Source: Lingula anatina
Lineage: Eukaryota; Animalia; Brachiopoda
Direction of reading: 5' to 3'
DNA length: 64,000 nt
Assembly: GCA_051362555.1 (NCBI GenBank)
Contig: CM120648.1
Coordinates: 15,806,587-15,870,586, forward strand
Each line of letters begins with the position of its first letter. The stretch's first letter is position 1. The translations under genes and the position numbers were made by a program. Below, in pieces: positions 40,520 to 53,144 of the stretch. The notes under the pieces are model-generated. The model searched no databases and was not told the origin of the DNA. It saw only the letters and a program-made list of their open reading frames with translations.

Positions 40520-42568
40520 CTATATAGCTGTATAGTGTTTCTTTCCGTGCCGATGCAGGAGCTCGAAGGCCGTCAAGCAGACCAGTCCACAGGTTATTAT
40601 TCCCATAACGGTGTAGATCATGGCGTTCAGACATATGAAGTTGGTAATGGCGAGAAGAACCACGTTAAGAGCATACATGGAGCTGCGCTGAATTAAGAAC
40701 GCCGGCCACTTCTCATCCGGGAATAACTTTCCAATGTAAGCTGTAAAATGTACATATGTAATTTGATATCAAAGTTCATATATCAAATAAAAGTGTGTAT
40801 AATTATGGAAAATAGACAACGAAAAAAATATTAAAATTTAAATTCCATGTCGACAAAATGAAAAAAAAAAATCTATTTAAAACGATATATTATACCTCAA
40901 CATTTGTTAAATTTTTTAACGCTTAATGCCTGGTATACCAATGCAAAAGCTGATATTCAAAGGTAACTTTGGTTTTGTTTCATCTAACTTTTACTTAAAA
41001 AAAAAATAAATAAATAAATAACGTAATCCTAAGTTGCCCTGTTGTATCTAAAACCATGTGCTTTGTTTAAATGTGCAGTTTACGGTAGGTGTTTAAGAAA
41101 ACGCACCTGTCGTCTGCACGGCCCATACAGAATCTGCAAGACCCCAGAAAAATGGCACCAGAAAGAAAAACTCCACCGTTTCCCTCGAAAAGTGAAAAAA
41201 CAGCATACTGAAAAGGCAGGCAAAGTCTGTAGATGCAGCTACAAGGAAAAGGAACCCCATGCCTACGTATTTCACCAGTCGGCCATTGACCATAGAACCA
41301 AGAACGTCTCCTGCAGCAAAACAGATGATGGACCAACCATTGTATTCTATGCCCAGTTCACAGCTGACAAAAGCCTGGAATGTATAACAGAGTGATTATA
41401 TTCTATATGAAAAATAAAAATATATTTTAATTGCAAAAAAAAAAAAAAAAAAAAAAAAAAATTAAAGAGTAAAGACGTTTTTTTGTATGCATTAAACAGC
41501 ACATTATAGAAATAATTCTATTATCACAAATTCATCTCCGCTACCTTAGTGAACTCTGTGTTGATGAAATACTGGCTGATGCAGTATAAGAAGATAGCAG
41601 GCAGAAGAAGGAGCATCTTCTTGTACCACAGCAGACCAATAATCTTGGCACCAAACTCCTTAACGCTTTGGACAGCGTCTCCACTCTTAGCCGCAGCATT
41701 CTCTAAGAAGGCCCATGTTGCAATAAACGCGAACGCCGACATCCCGATGAAGGAACCCAATATTATATACACTGTGATCTGGTCTGGTTGCCGTATGTAG
41801 GTCCCGCTGGTGTCTTCAAAATGGCAGAAATTAGGTCCACACAAACTGGACAGATTTTTAGAGTTTGGAGTGGTGGTATTGCCATCGAACTCGATCGGTT
41901 TGACCAAAACTAGAGAAGAAACCAGGTTTCCCCAGACGCCGCTGAGGAGGTATACGGTAAAGAAAACGCCCTGAAAAAGACCCAAGGCGTGATGGGGTGT
42001 GTCGTGGGTTATATCGGCATAGTCCATGGCCAGGTGTGTCACATACACGCCAGTTGAGACCATTGTTTGGACATGGGCTGAAAGAAAAAATACGTTATTA
42101 TCACATATCAATATCGCGTGGTATGTACATTTTATTACAACCTTCTTAAATAATTAATATTTTAAATATTTCTAAATATTATAAATTCCTTTATCTCAAT
42201 CATTTCCCTTTTTATGCATTAGCAACCCTCGCTTGAAGGTTATTTTCACCCCCGTGTGTTTGGTCGGATTTTGCCTGTTTGTCACCATTCTAACTCAGAA
42301 AGCTTTGAACTTTTTTGGATAGGTCACTCAGAAAGAAGCTTACTTTAAAAGTAATCATACAAAAATAAATAAATAAATAAGGCATCATTAACTTTTAGGT
42401 AAGTTAATGATTATTTCAAGTATATATAAGAAAAATCAAATCTACTACAGTTCTTGAAAACATATTTTAATATGTATTTTAGAAAATATTTAAATACATT
42501 ATATGTTTTTTAAATTTGTTAATTTTTTCAGTGTCATAAATGTACCATCCAACTTCTGATTGCAAATA

Positions 42569-42611
<43 letters not shown>

Positions 42612-43561
42612 AATGCAATGCTTATGGAAGTCCTGTTATATTCCACCGCCTGTGAGTGCTGGGGTCCTAGGCCTCGGTCTTTGCTTTCTGTGTGCTTGTT
42701 TTGTAGTTTGGTGTAATTGAACTATCAGCTAACGGGAGGTAATTCACTGTTGTTAATTTTTGATTTCAAGGCATAGGAAGTAAACTTTGTCTGACAATTA
42801 CATGTAAGATATAGGTTTGTGATTAGGTTTTATTACGTAATTTGCACATGTAGTGTTTGAAACATCTCATTTCATTGCGTCAAGACGGTATATAGAATAA
42901 TTGATGATAATTATATATATATCGATAGTTTTAAAACATCCTGCCCCCCTCCCCCCTTATTCCCGACAATATAAAAACGAAAAAGAGTAAGGTTAAAAGT
43001 AAACGAAAAAAAAACTGATTGATACATGTAAATATAAATAATAAAAACTGGTAGTAAAGGGCAAATAAACAACCTGGTTGCATTAAAAGTGACCGATAAA
43101 GAGCATACATCAATTAACAGAAAAGTGTAACAAGGAAGCAAACTACCCAGTAAACAAACAACAAAACAGCAACCAAAGTTAAACCTACCGGTGCCGAAGA
43201 GGAAGCATACGGCGTACAGGACATACTGCTGAACATAGAAATGAGCTGCAATGTACACCGCCTGAGCGACCCAACCTAACATAATAGACCCCTTCGATCC
43301 AAGTTTCCGAGTGAGAAATGGTCCAATTAAGAAGATGAGGAAAGAGCCAAGGTACGTGCACATCAAAGCGTAGTAGCCGTACTCTGGAAACAGAATTCCT
43401 TCGAGGTTCCACATAGTGTTGAATGGCGAGTACCCGATCATGTAGACGAGGGCTAGGATTACTAGCTGAGAGACGGGTTTCCATTTGCTTCTGTGAGTCT
43501 TCCCTGGCCGTGTAAGTAGAAGATTGCTGTCCTCATGTGCACAGTTATCCTTGAGAGGCAT
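40520..43561 (-). CDS. UNC93A-like: UNC93-family MFS membrane protein, copy 3 (~464 aa, intact; convergent with copy 2)
   Basis: Exons 43561-43189, 42077-41545, 41374-41107 and 40740-40520. Exon 2-4 lengths (533/268/221) equal those of copy 2, and exon 4 was translated by hand without stops. Confidence 0.9.
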
Positions 43562-43951
43562 CGCGAATCTTATATTTTGACTTTTGAGTAGCCGAAGACT
43601 AGTGTGAAAACTTTTTTTTAAAAGAACTCCGCCTATTGTAGTTCCACTGCTAAGTGGCGTAAACCAGCTGTTTAAACCAAGACGTCTGCAATGACCTGGA
43701 GGTTGTTTTGTTGTCTTGCACCCAATGCCATCGGTCAGTTTAAGGGGATGTCAGCCACGTGAATCGACCAAAAAGTTTGATAGCACCGACTGAATGGGTA
43801 AATACTGCACCCGGTACTTATCAGACGGGGTGCCTGGGGTGTTCCAATCAGAGACAAGACGGGGCAACTCTCCCTGGATATCTTTAAAGCCACGCCATGT
43901 GGGCAATACTTTTGGGAGCCCGGGTGCTTTCCTACTTAATCCATCGACTTA

Positions 43952-44166
43952 GGCTGTATTCCCAGAGCTTTTAGATCGATCTATCCCCGCGGGGAGTCTC
44001 ACTAGATTACTGTCAGATAATCCGGCTTAAATGTCCGTCCCGCCTACTACAAGCGGTAAGGGGGTAATTAACTTTCGTGTCCGCTCGGCTGACAGCTATT
44101 TAGCGTGAACCCCCAGGGAGTTAGGTCGATCTAAAGTAAATCGATCTAATCTCTGGAAATGGGGTC
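43952..44166. mobile_element. Fold-back MITE (Harbinger-like) with TTA target duplication, upstream of copy 3
   Basis: TTA|GGCTGTATTCCCAGAG ... CTCTGGAAATGGGGTC|TTA, with internal TAGATCGATCTA inverted motifs. Confidence 0.6.
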
Positions 44167-46479
44167 TTAGCTTCTGTTCACTGCCGCATTTGTGTGCAGA
44201 CATATCCTCACCGCCACTGAGCGGCATTGCAATGTTAGTGTCACCAACTGCAACTGAAGCCTTTTCTATCTGAAAATTTCGTGAAAGTTTTTTTTAGTTT
44301 TACAACTGAGTCATCCTGATCAAAGCAAGACGTCTGCGTTAATAAAGTTGTTTTCTTGTCTTGGTCAAATGATAGCGTCACTGAAAAATGCCTGATGTCC
44401 CATGTCATCGCTCAGCTTAACAAAATGTTTACCCTTAATTCAATGAAGCCAAAAAAAGTACTATCGCTCTAGTAACAGCCTGGACTGGTAAATACCGGAA
44501 ATGCTTATCAGTCTGGGGTCTTGAAATCAGAGACACACAGGGTCGTTATCAGCAGGGACAGTGGGTACCCCCTCCTATTTAATTATTCATTTCCCGAGAA
44601 ATATTTGAGTAATATTTTTTTCTATGAAGTGTTAGCCTGTTCCTTTCTGCTAGTTGATAGGATGTATCTAAGACTGTGTTCTGAACGATAGTTGATTACC
44701 CCCTATCAGCCTCAGCAGGCGTGACAGACATCTAAGTCCCCCAAGTTTATTGCAATTAAGCGAGAATCCCCTCGGAGATAGTTCGATCCAAAGTTAGTAC
44801 GATACTCTCTGGGAATGGTCTTTTATTTGTCCTTCCGTGTGTATCTAAGCCTCTAGTCGTATTCTACTCACAGCGTGCTGTTTTTCGGTGTTCCCAAGGG
44901 ACTGTCCTTTTTATTGGTTAATATTGTCTAAGATGCAACATCTCATTATAATTTTTGATTTTGTCGGTATGTGATTTTGCAAGTGATCATAAAGTAAGGT
45001 AATAAGATAATAAACTATAGAAGATTTTTAAAAAAATCGTTAAAAAGTACGAGTGGATGACTTATGTACACAGTTTGTTTATATTTACCATACCTGTACT
45101 TCCCTTGACAATTGTTGTGTTTGCCCCCCCCCCCCTCCCCCCTCCCCTTATCACGACTCCGCTAGGAGACTGGTAAAATGGCTTGACGTTCGGCTCTCGT
45201 GATCTGTGCGTCAAAACATCCCATGTCACTCTGACATCATGGGTGCTTGTTGACCATCAGAAATATTTAATCTGCATTCAAGCGGTTTCTGTGTCAACAA
45301 ATGGCACGAGGCAGTATCGAGATAAACACTAGAGCTCGTGATAGTCTGAATGGACTGAGAGTTCCGTAGTCGGCTAACTTATTTTATAACACTTTAAACT
45401 AAGCCATATAAATTATTTGTGAGGTGTCTTTTATATCTTGCTGACTGATAAGACTGATATTAGCATTGGGTACAAATGCTGGCCTTATTTCCCTTGAATT
45501 ATATAACATAGTAGACGAGAGCAATGTTGCTATATGATGGATGACAATACTGTTTGGTTTTGTCTCTCACCGATTTATTTATTCTTATTTCCATTTCAGA
45601 GTGGAAAATGGAAAGGGGTATCTCCGACGAGAAGGAGTTGGGGATACGTCTCAAACTCTGCCCCTCCCAAGCCCCTTGCCCACCCATATTCGCCATGGTG
45701 TCAGCAGTCAACCGGAACCGATATTTCTGCACAAGGTTGTTTAGATAAGGGTTTACGTTCTAATTTTCCAAAATGGATTACGACCTATGATTGCAGAATA
45801 CAGAAGAATAATGACAGCCCTACGTCGACCCAATTTTGTTTTTGAATAATATTTGTTTTGTAAATTTATAATTTTCTTTATAAAATAATTCAAACAATTT
45901 ATATGTAGTATATTTGCACTTCACTTACAATCTGCACTCTGAAGACTTTAGCTAATTTCGTGACTCTGAATGAAAAAAAAGCTGTTTTGTATAAAGGTGA
46001 AGTTATACAGATGGAGATTTAAACCTGAAATAATCTCCAATAGAAAGATATCCCAATAGAAAGTGTTTTGGGCTTAAGTTTTGTTTAAATAACTATCAAC
46101 CAGGATTTTTATCATAATAAACTTCAAAATATCCAAAATTTCAGCCATATTTTTTATTTTCTTATTTTTATTACCGCATTTTAAATTAGAATATTGGTAT
46201 GTTTTAGAATATACATGTAGATTCACCGCCGGCATTAAATGAAGTATTGAAGTCACATCGATGCACCTACCAGTCAATGGTTTCCATAAAGTCTTTTTTT
46301 TTCGGATTAAATTTGATGAGTTTGTCTTTATGCACTAGTACCCTGTATATGTATAATGTTTGCCCAATAAGTTCGTCTCATTTATGATATTGCCAAATAT
46401 TGTCGACAATGTTAAACGAATAAAGACCAGTGGTAGTGAAAAATGAAATATCAAGAGTATTGGAATTTTCAAAGTTAGC

Positions 46480-47135
46480 TTAATATTTAATATATTTATC
46501 AGTCCTGCTATTACTTTCCCAGCGTCTGAGACTAGCAAATATTGCTACGGAAACGAGAGCCAGAGCAAGAATTCCACACACGACGTATGTTTTGACCACC
46601 AAGCGGACGATCCCATAGAAACCAAATACCAAACTGTTGGCAGTGAACAAAGACCTTCGAAGAATCACGAAGGACGGCCAATTCTCGTCAGAAAACACGT
46701 GCCCTACGTAGGCTCTAAAATAATAATAATAAAAAATGATGATAATATTGATAGTTTGGAATAAGATGTCAGTGACTTTGGAATAAGATTTTAGACTGAA
46801 ACTATCATTCTCTTCGTCTGTTTACTGACGGTGTAAAAGATACGTACAGTTGGTTCAATTATTGCTGCAAAATGTAAAATAAATAAATAAATGCATAAAT
46901 CTGAAAAAAAATATCTAACTTCATTGATAGACAAATATGCATAAATTAAAAAAAAACAGATAAACGAAGGAATTAATAAATTGGCTGAAGAAATTGCCTA
47001 AAGTTTGCACTTTTCACACTGAGTCACCTAGACCCTATATAAACGGCACTATGAAGAAGAATTCGGGCGTACTTCGTGAGGTGTGAAAGAAAGGCATACT
47101 GAAGATGCAGCCGAATTCCATCCCCGCGGCCACGG
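46480..47135 (-). pseudogene. Truncated UNC93-like fragment (3' half of exon 3 plus exon 4), paralogous to copy 5
   Basis: Exon 4 remnant 46712-46480 ends ...WESNSRTDKYIKY*. The exon 3 remnant (47135 to ~46998) has two Trp-to-stop changes (TAG, TGA) and a GT-to-GC donor. Its 5' side abuts the 3' UTR of copy 4. Confidence 0.88.
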
Positions 47136-47524
47136 ATATCTTTGTGAATGAAAAAAAAATTAATAAAGAACACCAATGAGAAATGAAATGAAATGAACTA
47201 TGCCAACAGATAAACCCCCTCTCCTCCTCCCCCTCCCCACCCTGAGTCAGAGTCCACTATATAGATGTATAGTGTTTCTTCCCGTGCCAATGCAGGAGCT
47301 CGAAGGCCGTCAGGCAGACCAGTCCAGAGGTTATTATTCCCATAACGGTGTAGATCATGGCGTTAATACATATGAAGATGGTGACGGCGAGGAGGAGAGC
47401 AGTAAGGGTATACATGGAACTGCGCTGGATAAAGAATGCTGGCCACTTCTCGTCCGGGAACATCTTTCCGATGTAAGCTGGAAAATAAACATTTGTGATT
47501 AGATATAAAAGTAAAAAGGCAATG

Positions 47525-47581
<57 letters not shown>

Positions 47582-47948
47582 AACACATTTAAAAACAAAA
47601 AGGACTTTGGGCGAAATGGATAAGATTTTATTTGAAAACGTTATTCTATACCTCAACATATGCAAAATTATTGATCACTACATGTATTCTGACAGTAATT
47701 CAAAATGAGCTAATATTCAAAGGAAACTTTGGTTTTGTTTCATATAACTTTTGCTTTGTTTAAATAAAAGACTAAGATTCATATTCTCCGTTGCTACATA
47801 GAAATTCAACATCAGCAATCCTGAGATCGTTGTCTTGTCTTGAATCAGGTTTCACCGATTTTCACCCGCGTTTTTAAGAAATGTTCCTCATGCGCCAAAT
47901 TTATGCTCCATCCAAGAGACCACTAAAACTATTCTAAAGAGATAAAGA

Positions 47949-47989
<41 letters not shown>

Positions 47990-48113
47990 AGATAACTTAA
48001 GAGGGTCTTGGCGGTTATTAAAACTGTATATTTTGTTTCAATGTGCAGTTTGCGGTACGTGTTTAAGGAAATGCACCTGTCGTCTGCACGGCCCATACAG
48101 AATCTGCAAGACC

Positions 48114-48237
48114 CCAGAAAAATGGCACCAGAAAGAAAAACTCCACCGTTTCCCTCGAAAAGGGAAAAAACAGCACCAGAAAAATGGCACCAGAAAGAAA
48201 AACTCCACCGTTTCCCTCGAAAAGGGAAAAAACAGCA
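48114..48237. repeat. 62-bp perfect tandem duplication inside exon 3 of copy 4
   Basis: 48114-48175 equals 48176-48237; the exon is 330 nt versus 268 nt in all other copies. Confidence 0.95.
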
Positions 48238-49147
48238 TGCTGAATAAGCAGGCAAAGTCTATAGCGCCAGCTACGAGGAAAAGGAACCCCATGCCGACGT
48301 ATTTCACCAGTCGGCCATTGACCATAGAACCAAGAACGTCTCCTGCAGCAAAACAGATGATGGACCAACCATTGTATTCTATGCCCAGTTCACAGCTGAC
48401 AAAAGCCTGAAATAAATAACCAAGTGTTTACATTTTATTTTAGGCCGTTGGCGTTAATATCCTAACGAGGAAAAAGCAACAAATAATAATAATAATAATA
48501 AAAATAATAATAATAATAATAAACATGTTAAATGCAAAAATCACCTAATTTATTTTGGTAATCAAAACCCGCAATTTCCGTCGTATAAAAAAAGGAAAAA
48601 GGTTTTTTGGATGCATTAGACAGCATATGATAGGAATGATTCTATTATCATAACGTCTCCGTACGTGTACTTTGGTGAACTCTGTGCTTATAAAATAGTG
48701 GCTGACACTGTCCATGAAGATAGCAGGCAGAAGAAGGATCATCTTCTTGTACCACAGCAAACCAATGATCTTGGCGCCAAATTCCTTAATGCTTTGGACA
48801 GCGTCTCCACTCTTAGCCGCAGCATTCTCTAAGAACGCCCATGTTGCAATAAACGCAAACGCCGACATCCCGATGAAGGATCCCAATATTATATACACTG
48901 TGATCTAATTTGGTTGCCGTATGTATGTCCCGCTGGTGTCTTCAAAGTGGCAGAAATTAGGTCCACACAAACTTGACAATTTTTTAGAGTTTGGAATGGT
49001 GGAATTGGCATCGAACTCGATCGGTTTGACCAAAACTAGAGAAGAAACCAGGTTTCCCCAGACGCCGCTGAGAAGGTATACGGTAAAGAAAACGCCCTGA
49101 AAAAGACCCAAGGCGTGATGGGGTGTGTCGTGTGTTATATCGGCATA

Positions 49148-49524
49148 CATACCACGGGGCTGATATCAAAACAAAAGGATTGCAGGGACCGATACAATGA
49201 ATGAGACGGAGTGACTGCCACGTGCGGAAGATGGGCAGGAAATCTGCCAACTACTCAGAAAACCACTAACGCAAACGAAGATGATTGGACGGTGACCGCA
49301 ATTAGGCAGTAAACGCGGGGAAAGTCCATTCTTTGATATCACCCCATGCGCGGTGATATCAGCGTGTTCTATTCAAAGTTAGGGGTTTTGGGTGGGGAAT
49401 ACGCAAGATTTCCCTTTGTATGTATGACAAATAATGCACTCTTACCCCCTCGCCCGATATCCACGATAGCATGCCTCGCTGGCGCTCGGCCTGCTATCGT
49501 GGATAGTGCATTATTTACTACATA
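49148..49524. mobile_element. 377-bp non-autonomous insertion without TIRs in exon 2 of copy 4 (possibly Crypton-like)
   Basis: The empty site GGCATAGTCC is present in copy 3; here CATA is duplicated at both ends. A nested subterminal hairpin is present (AAATAATGCACT...AGTGCATTATTT enclosing TATCCACGATAGCA...TGCTATCGTGGATA). The family assignment is a guess. Confidence 0.75.
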
Positions 49525-50230
49525 GTCCATGGCCAGGTGTGTCACATACACGCCAGTTGATATCATAGTTTGGACATGCACTGAAAGAAAAAAATATATA
49601 TCACGTTATTGTCACATATCAATATCGCGTGGTATGTAATTTTTTTTAAAGAAACTTCTTAAACAATTAATATTTTTATGATTAAAAAAGATAATAATAA
49701 TAACCGACGCTCGAATGTTACGTTTTCACCTCCGTTGTTCGTTTGTTTTTTCTTGTTTGTCACCATCCTAATTCAGAAATCTATGGATGGATATGATAAA
49801 CTTTTCTGGATAAATTCAGGTCACTGAGAAATGAACTCACTTAAAATTGATACGTGTAAACAAACAGAAGTACGTAGTCTTTTATTTATCTTATGTTTTT
49901 CTAAGAGTGTTTTCTCAGTATAATAAAAGCACCATCCATTTTTTGGTAGCTATTATTATTATTATTAATGCAATGGATATCCTGTCAACTTCCACTTCCT
50001 TTTAGTGTGGGGTCCATGGCGTTGGTCTTTGCTTTCTGAGTGCTTCTTTTAGTTTGATCTACTTTAAATGCTGTATAAGCTAACGAGAGGTACTTCAATG
50101 TTGTTAATTTCTCATTTCAAGGCAGAACAGGCAAACTTTTTCCGACAATTAAAATATAGGTTTGTGATTGGGTTTTAAAACGTGTTTGGCACATGTAGTG
50201 TTTAAAATATCTCATTTCACTATGAATACC

Positions 50231-50278
<48 letters not shown>

Positions 50279-50464
50279 TGTATTTTTAGTTTTAATACGG
50301 ACTGCTACTCCTTCTTTCCAACTCGACAAAGACGAGAGAGCAAGTTGAAAAGAAAAAGAGGGAAAATTATTGATAAATACAAATAATAAAAACTGTTAGT
50401 AAAAGGCAAATATAAACAACCTGTTTTACATTAACCGTGATTGATAAATAGAATAACACAAATA

Positions 50465-50850
50465 CACACTCTGGACAAAAGAGGTGTCACCCCCTGAATC
50501 AGAGTAATTTAAGTTATATTGCCTGGGCCCCGTATCTCGAAAGCATCGCGCATTGCGACCGTGCGCAAGCGTCTCGATTCCATAAGTCGCCCATACTCGC
50601 CCCATATAATACGTTGTAGCCCCTGTGTCATATCGCTATTCGCAATACGCGATGCTTTCGAGATACAAGGCCCTGGTCTAATTATAATGTGACTAATGAG
50701 TATAAAACCGCTGTACCATGAAAATGTATTGTTGGTCTTTTTGTGAAATTTGATGTCAATAAAATGATACCAGGAGCATATCATCCTACAGTCATTTATC
50801 TCCCCAAAGTATTGGTTCATTAGGTGTGACACTTCTATTGCCCGTGTGTG
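50465..50850 (+). mobile_element. Internally deleted derivative (MITE) of the Tc1 family at 22.6-24.0 kb, in intron 1 of copy 4
   Basis: TA|CACACTCTGGACAAAAGAGGTGTCACCCC ... GTGACACTTCTATTGCCCGTGTGTG|TA. The interior matches roughly the first 140 and last 115 bp of the full element. Confidence 0.88.
50526..50672. mobile_element. 147-bp Harbinger-type MITE nested inside the Tc1 MITE
   Basis: ~33-bp TIRs GGCC(CC/TT)GTATCTCGAAAGCATCGCG(C/T)ATTGCGA and a CTG target duplication. The empty site TGCCTGGTCT is visible in the full Tc1 copy at 22711. Confidence 0.85.
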
Positions 50851-51893
50851 TAGATAGAAATTAAAGTGTAAAAAGGAAACAAGATGCTTACTGAAACACA
50901 CGAACAAACAAAAGTTAAACCGGTGCCGAAGAAGAAGCATACGGTGTACAGGACATATCGATGAACATAGAAATGAGCTGCAGTGTAAATCGCCTGAGCG
51001 ACCCAACCTAACATAATAGACCCCTTCGATCCAAGTTTCCGAGTGAGGAATGGTCCGACTAAGAAGATGAGGAAAGAGCCAAGGTACGTGCACATCAAAG
51101 CGTAGTAGCCGTACTCTGGAAACAGACTTCCTTCTAAGTTCCACATTGTGTTGAATGGCGAGTACACGATCATGTAGACGAAGGCTAGAATTACTAGTTG
51201 AGAGACGGGTTTCCATTTGCTTCTGTGAGTCTTCCCTGGCTGTGTTAGTAGAAGACTGCTGTCCTGCTGTGCGAATTTATCCTTGAGAGGCATTGCAAAT
51301 GTTATATTTTCACTTGTGCGTAGCTGTCTCCTTTTATTTATGAAAACCTTTTTAAAAGATTTTTTCTGTCTGTAGGCCCAATGCTAGGTGACATAAACGA
51401 CTCGTTTATACCAAGACATACGCAGTTACCTGCAGGTTGTTTTGTTGCCTTGCACCCAATGCCATCGGTCAGTTTAACGAGATGTCAACCACAAGAAGCC
51501 GCAAAACGTTCGATAGCACTTTGTATACACAAAGTATCGTTATCATAAGGGACAGTGGGTACCCCCTCCTATTTATTTATTTATCTATTTATTTCCAGAG
51601 AAATATTTGAAGAAAACTTTTTTTTAGATATTTTTCCTCTCTGCTAACCAACAAGGAGTGTCTTCACTGTCCGTGTGTATCTAGGTAAACTCCACAGTCT
51701 AAGCCTCTAGTCGTACTATGCTCTCTTTGTGCTGTTCTTCGTCTTACTTGAATGTGCCTTTTTGGTAATAAACTATAGGAGATCGTTAAATATGCGGCTG
51801 GATGACATACGTATACATTTTTTGTTTTATATCTGCCGTTGGCGTCTCGTGATCGGTGCGTCAAAACATCCCATGCCACTCTGACATCAAGGG

Positions 51894-51975
51894 CACTTGT
51901 TGACCATCAGATATATTTAATCTGCAATCTGTGCCACTTGTTGACCATCAGATATATTTAATCTGCAATCTGTGT
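51894..51975. repeat. 41-bp tandem duplication
   Basis: CACTTGTTGACCATCAGATATATTTAATCTGCAATCTGTG occurs twice; the paralogous region at ~45245 has one copy. Confidence 0.9.
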
Positions 51976-53144
51976 CAACAACTGGCTCGAGGCAATGTGT
52001 AGAGATAAATTCGAGATCGGGAGGTCGTGATAGTTCGAATGGTCTTAGAGTTCCGTAGTCATCTAACTGAATTTAACATTTTTAACTAAGCCATATAAAT
52101 TATTTGTGAGGTAATTCTTTATATCACACAGACTGATTAGACTGATGTTACTCTTTGTAAGGTGTGAGGAACTGAGTACAAATGCTAGCCTTATTTCGCT
52201 TGAATTTATAACATAGTAGACGAAAGTAATGTCGTTATATGATTTAGGACACATTTATTTATTTATTTATTTATTTATTTTCTTTCCGTCTCTATCAGAG
52301 TGGGTAGTTTGGGATATGTCAGCTGTCAACAGGAACCGAGATTTCTGCAAAGTTTTTTTTTTTTTTTTTTTTAATAAGGATTTACAGTGTAAACGTTAAA
52401 ATTTTCCAAAATTAATAAAGATCTGTGATTATAGAATGCAGAAAAAATAATGACAGTTTTACATCAACCCAATTATGTTTTGAGTAAGAAATATTGAGAT
52501 TTGTTTATAAATTATTATTTTCTTTATATAATTATTCAATTTATATATGGGTTATTTGCACTGATCTGACACTCCGAACTCTGAAGACTTAAGCTAATAT
52601 CAGGACTGGAAAAAAGCTGTTCTGTATGAAGTTGACATTTTTGATTCAGATGAAAATTAAATTCTGTAATTATCTTCCACCATCATGCACCTATGTTCCT
52701 CCATTTTCCAAAATATGAAAAGGATGTCTCAATAAAAAGTGTTTTTGAATTCAGATTTGTTCAAATAACTGATAAACCAGGATTTTTATCTACAATGAAC
52801 TCTATATTATAAAAAGGATCTTTTTTTATTTTTAAATTCTTATTGGCAGAAATTAAATAAAAAATTAATTTTAGAATATAGATTCACTGCAGGTTTTAAA
52901 CGGAGTCTTCAAGTCGTATCAATACATCTACCCGTAATGGTAAATTAATGGTTTTCAAAAAGTTTACTGCTCGGGGTAAACTTGACATGTTTTGTGTTCA
53001 TATATCTGTATAACGTTTGCTCATGAAGTTAGTCTCATTTATAATATTGCAAAATATTATCGACAATGCTTAACGAATAAAGACTAGTGGTACTGAAATG
53101 TTCGAAAAAAAAAGGAATATCAAGAGTATTGGAATTTTCTTAGC

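Larger units (their letters stand above)
47257..51293 (-). pseudogene. UNC93-like copy 4, full-length pseudogene
   Basis: Exons 51293-50921, 49580-48671, 48406-48077 and 47477-47257. Lesions: a 4-nt deletion at the exon 1 donor (GTAGGT to GTTTAA), a 377-bp insertion in exon 2, a TAG at 48907-48905 and a 62-bp frameshifting tandem duplication in exon 3. Confidence 0.9.

Noticed and set aside
50509-51216. 235-aa ORF and similar METRL... ORFs at 35234 and 43185
   Set aside because: Alternative frame of UNC93-like exon 1 running into intron and MITE sequence; similarity between copies follows from paralogy.
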